This document shows positions 60,301 to 64,000 of a DNA stretch of 64,000 nucleotides, piece by piece (position 1 is the stretch's first letter; every line of letters starts with the position of its first letter). Both the position numbers and the translations under genes were made by a program. Source of the DNA: Barthelona sp. PCE (lineage: Eukaryota); the NCBI GenBank assembly GCA_040285745.1, contig JAUFOR010000005.1:1-64000 (forward strand), read 5' to 3'. The notes beneath the pieces are model-generated. The model was not told the DNA's origin. It ran no database searches and saw only the letters and a program-made list of their open reading frames with translations.

Positions 60301-61449
60301 TGATAACCGCCACACTTCTTAGAAACAAATTTTTCAAACACTTCCTTAGTTGCTTCATCAACACGGATAGTTTTGATGAAGGTATGTTATCTCAACCAAA
60401 TTTTCGCTGTCAATAATCGAAACATTTCGTAAAACTGAAAGCACAACTCCTCTATCACTAGCAGGGCAAGTTTTATCGGAATTCACCTTCTTCCACACCC
60501 CTAGTTCTTCTAAGAAACCAAATGGAGCTCTAGGAGGTTGGGGAATTTTCTCTAAATATTCATAATAAACACCTAAATCAAGTAAAACAGGTTTCAGCTC
60601 ACTTAACAACATAAAATTCCCTGATTCTCTGACGATTTCCAAAAAAAGTTCTTCATCGTATTTGAGAACCATGTAAATATTGTCACCATCAACTAAAACA
60701 CTTCCGTCACGAATACTATCCACAAGCACTGTCGGATAACGAGAATAAACTTCTTTTTTCAAAGCTACCTCCAGATCAGAAAAGTTATGATTCTCGGAGT
60801 GTCCTATAATCTCAACAACACTATCAACAAATGTGTTAGATTTTTTGATTAAACGTTGCACAACCGCCTTATGTTCGCGGTAAAAATAACGCATGCTCAG
60901 TCCGTTATTGAACTTATGTAACATATATGCTTCAAGAACAGGCAGTGTTTCAGTACGTTTCAACAAAGCGGAAAGCAACTTTATATCAATTTTCTCAACT
61001 TCAATGTCTTGCAGGACTTCAATTGAACAGTTTCCGATGATTTTTGCCTTGTCTTCGAACGAGAATGAACCAGTTTCATCCGTGTAGATGTCATCACATA
61101 TGGAACCGAAGTTGCACATGCTGCGACCCAGTTTAGTGATGAATCGTTGTCTCACAGCAGGATTCAACTGCTTTAGCTTGTCCAGGACGTTATCCTGAGC
61201 CATAAAAGCCTTGAAAACTAAAGGGAAATCAAAGAATCTCAATACAAGACGCTTATCCTCGCTATTCAGTAATTCGAACATGCGCTCGTAGTCCTTGCGC
61301 ATTCTCAAATGATGCAAATATGCCTTTTTCTCTTTAATCGATGAGAATTCTGATAAAACTGCATCAAAGACTGGCAACTTGCACAACTCAGCCAAAAGCT
61401 GGTTACGGCACAGAGTGCTGTCGTTGATTAAACGTAAAAAACTATCCAT
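57332..61449 (-). CDS. Large hypothetical helical protein split into three frames (61449-60358, ~60386-60153, ~60199-57332); frameshifted gene, pseudogene or assembly error
   Basis: Three overlapping same-strand ORFs, each joined by a +1 shift, with no intergenic space. Confidence 0.6.
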
Positions 61450-61565
61450 AAACTGTTGAAAAGAAATGAAAAAAGTAAATCATATGTGCTGAATAATAGA
61501 GAAGATCATGTGCACATATCAAAATTTGTATGTGCTTATATGTATGTAATGTTGGATGATTGGTA

Positions 61566-61604
61566 ACAGAAATCTAAGATCGGATATGTTGCGCATGCGG
61601 GCTA
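61566..61604 (-). repeat. Motif B core upstream of family copy 4
   Basis: ACAGAAATCTAAGATCGGATATGTTGCGCATGCGGGCTA resembles the reverse complement of ~12976-13013. Confidence 0.8.
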
Positions 61605-61655
61605 AACAATGCTATCTCTTTTTACACTTGTTTCATCAAGGCAAGCTACTTTTAT

Positions 61656-63818
61656 ATGCCTCGAATCCGTAAATTCGAGGATGACCTTATCATTGGGGCC
61701 TTTCCCGAGGGGCAAATTATTTTTGAAGGTCAGGGTGTTAGAATGGTCAAAACTAGAGAAGACACTCATTTACACAATCTCATTGATGCTGTAGATGGGG
61801 AAGAATTTTGTGGATATGTTGAAGAAACGTGTGAAACACTTCAGTATTATTACAAGCGAAAAGCTGGAGCAGGATATATGATCGTTGAACAGCATTTTAG
61901 CGAAGATAATCGATTAACTGAACTTGAAATCATGTATTTCAACGAAATCAACAGTGATGAACACACCAAAAGAAAGATTCGTTTCCCTGAGGATTTGGAT
62001 AATTTACTTAACTATGTATCAAGCGATTTTATTCCATTAGATGACAACCACATTTTTTTTGCTATTACAGAGGTTGATCAAGACCATAATATAGAAACGA
62101 CGCATTGTTACATTCTCAATATACTAACAGAACAGTACCGGTGTCTTGGAGAGTACAACCATTACTCCATCAGCACTTGTTCCCTTCAATATCTATTGAT
62201 GAGCAATTATGAAAATGGTTTTTCAATATTTCACTACAATTTCTGCGCAGATGATATGGATGAGGCTCATGAGCCGGATATCGTACAGCTAGAAGGTGTC
62301 CATAATCAAAACTGTATAGGATGTTACAATGCTGATTGTGTTTGTTTTTCTGTTTATGGCGAGAGATTAGAAGAATTGATCATTTTTGATCGTCAACGAA
62401 ATCGTGTTGACTTACTAGAAAGATTTCCACAGTTACTTGAATTGAAAATATCCTACTGTTCTTATTTTGCCTTGTTCACATTGACACAAGATGTATTTTC
62501 TGCACTTTTCTATGATGGTTCAATTTGTACTGTTGTTCATATTGAAAACGGGGAGCTTAAGTCGACAACTGGTGATATAAGCAGTTCCATTGCTCATTGT
62601 GATGATTTAAAACAAATTGACTTGGCGAATTCTTTTCATAATGAACAATGCCAGTTTTTAGGAACTTGTAATTCAACAGGTGTTTTTGGTCCTATAAGGT
62701 TTAGGAAAGTCAATAACGAGGTGATTCGCTTGCAAAATTTTTGGCCTCACAGCGTGATGTATGATGGTATAGTATATTTTGATAATTATAGGAGAAAGAA
62801 AAGATATTACTTTAATTTCAAAGAAAAAATAATTGTCATACATAAAAGTGTTATGACCAACGATAGTGTTATGTTCGAAAGGAATTACAGAGAACTATCG
62901 AAGCATCCGGTTGAGGAAGAGCATTTCTTTGTGATTGCAAAGTGTAATGCAAGACAAGGTGCTTCAGAAATAGTTAAAATACACTGGGAAGGTTCAGAAT
63001 CAAAACCAATAATAACTTCTTTTGAAAATGATGGCTTGAATTATATTGGCTTAGTTCTTGGGTTACCATTTTTTATTGAGTACAATGAAAATGTTTGTCA
63101 AGGTTATCTTGATAATACAAAAGTTTTGGAGCTTCCTCCAAATGAGTACATAAATAATTGCAAGCCTTCAGTCACTGGAGATTCTGTGTGTGTTAGTTGT
63201 ACTAATTCAACACATTTTTTGCAATTGTTGATCAATAATAATGATGTTGAGGTTCAAAAGCACATCACTTTTCATCATGGTGATGATGTTTCGAGTGTAG
63301 TCTATTGTCATCATCCATTAACAGATACAGCTGACCACCAGCTCTTTGTTACATATAAATACAATAATGATGGTGAGGAACAGTATTTGCATTGTTTAGA
63401 TTGGTCAACAGGAAATTTTTTGGAACCCGTTTTGATATATAAATATTCAAATGTTGGTGAAATGCATGAAGAATTGATGGAAGGTAACTGTTTCTTTAAT
63501 TTCATAGGTGATTCGTACATTCAAGTGGATCAAGGTATTAATAAGGTATCCATTGTTAATGGTGTTATTGAAATGCGATTTTTTTCAAATACTATTTTAC
63601 CAAATATTGGCAACGATATTCGCAGCTTAAATCTACCTAACAACGTTGTTCAGGAAGTTATTTACGAAGAAGAAACCAAGACAATGGTGTTGAAAACGTA
63701 TAACGTTGAGGAAGATCCAGAATCAACTAATCCCACTGTGGAAAGGTTCCACCTTCCATCATTCCTGGCAGAGGCGTCCATCGTTGAGTACCACATGCCC
63801 AATTATCATGAGCATTAA
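61656..63818 (+). CDS. Lineage-specific ~700-aa family protein, copy 4
   Basis: MPRIRKFEDD...FHLPSFLAEASIVEYHMPNYH; 3' flank (63820-63865) matches that of copy 2. Confidence 0.88.
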   Translation: MPRIRKFEDDLIIGAFPEGQIIFEGQGVRMVKTREDTHLHNLIDAVDGEEFCGYVEETCETLQYYYKRKAGAGYMIVEQHFSEDNRLTELEIMYFNEINSDEHTKRKIRFPEDLDNLLNYVSSDFIPLDDNHIFFAITEVDQDHNIETTHCYILNILTEQYRCLGEYNHYSISTCSLQYLLMSNYENGFSIFHYNFCADDMDEAHEPDIVQLEGVHNQNCIGCYNADCVCFSVYGERLEELIIFDRQRNRVDLLERFPQLLELKISYCSYFALFTLTQDVFSALFYDGSICTVVHIENGELKSTTGDISSSIAHCDDLKQIDLANSFHNEQCQFLGTCNSTGVFGPIRFRKVNNEVIRLQNFWPHSVMYDGIVYFDNYRRKKRYYFNFKEKIIVIHKSVMTNDSVMFERNYRELSKHPVEEEHFFVIAKCNARQGASEIVKIHWEGSESKPIITSFENDGLNYIGLVLGLPFFIEYNENVCQGYLDNTKVLELPPNEYINNCKPSVTGDSVCVSCTNSTHFLQLLINNNDVEVQKHITFHHGDDVSSVVYCHHPLTDTADHQLFVTYKYNNDGEEQYLHCLDWSTGNFLEPVLIYKYSNVGEMHEELMEGNCFFNFIGDSYIQVDQGINKVSIVNGVIEMRFFSNTILPNIGNDIRSLNLPNNVVQEVIYEEETKTMVLKTYNVEEDPESTNPTVERFHLPSFLAEASIVEYHMPNYHEH

Positions 63819-64000
63819 CATAATGAATAGTTTTAATGATTATAGAGATATAGGAATACACATTTAATCATAAAGTGCTATGTTAGTAATCCTTAAATTT
63901 ATTTAGTTAGAGTTCAGCGCTTCTTTGAACTTCAGCGCTGAAGGGCAAACGAGTTTGACTCGGATTCATCTCCATTTGCATGAAATTTGGTGCATATAAA

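Noticed and set aside
60200-60360. Selenocysteine read-through or TGATG stop-restart explanation of the split gene
   Set aside because: The overlapping-ATG frame closes at a TGA and looks less protein-like than the +1 frame; no SECIS identified

Overview
Gene-dense, AT-rich, intron-poor eukaryotic nuclear DNA using the standard code. It probably comes from an anaerobic flagellated protist (inference from a CCDC180-like flagellar gene, spliceosome genes, rare short GT-AG introns and anaerobe-type bacterial genes). Housekeeping content: tRNA-Val(CAC), V-ATPase subunit e, an Sm/LSm protein, CstF77/Rna14, ASCC3/Slh1 helicase, RING-CH ligase, CLC transporter, phospholipase B-like, GT49 glycosyltransferase, CWC22, importin-alpha-like, OSTC, prolidase and a DRAM/Frag1-like protein. 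Most notable: (1) four dispersed copies of an unknown ~700-aa gene family whose 3' coding box (three full copies) and 5' non-coding module (copies 1-3) are near-identical in DNA while the cores are highly diverged, including a mosaic truncated copy and a copy bracketed by direct repeats, suggesting a cassette/gene-conversion or mobile system; (2) a kinase-HECT-RBR RING2 fusion protein; (3) a bacterial YqeB (selenium-dependent molybdenum hydroxylase accessory) gene plus DUF3293- and YccF-like genes in a eukaryote; (4) a long gene split by two +1 shifts at similar UGA-UG-R-AG stops; (5) a duplicated, structured non-coding element next to the tRNA. All family assignments are from motif recognition by eye, not database searches.
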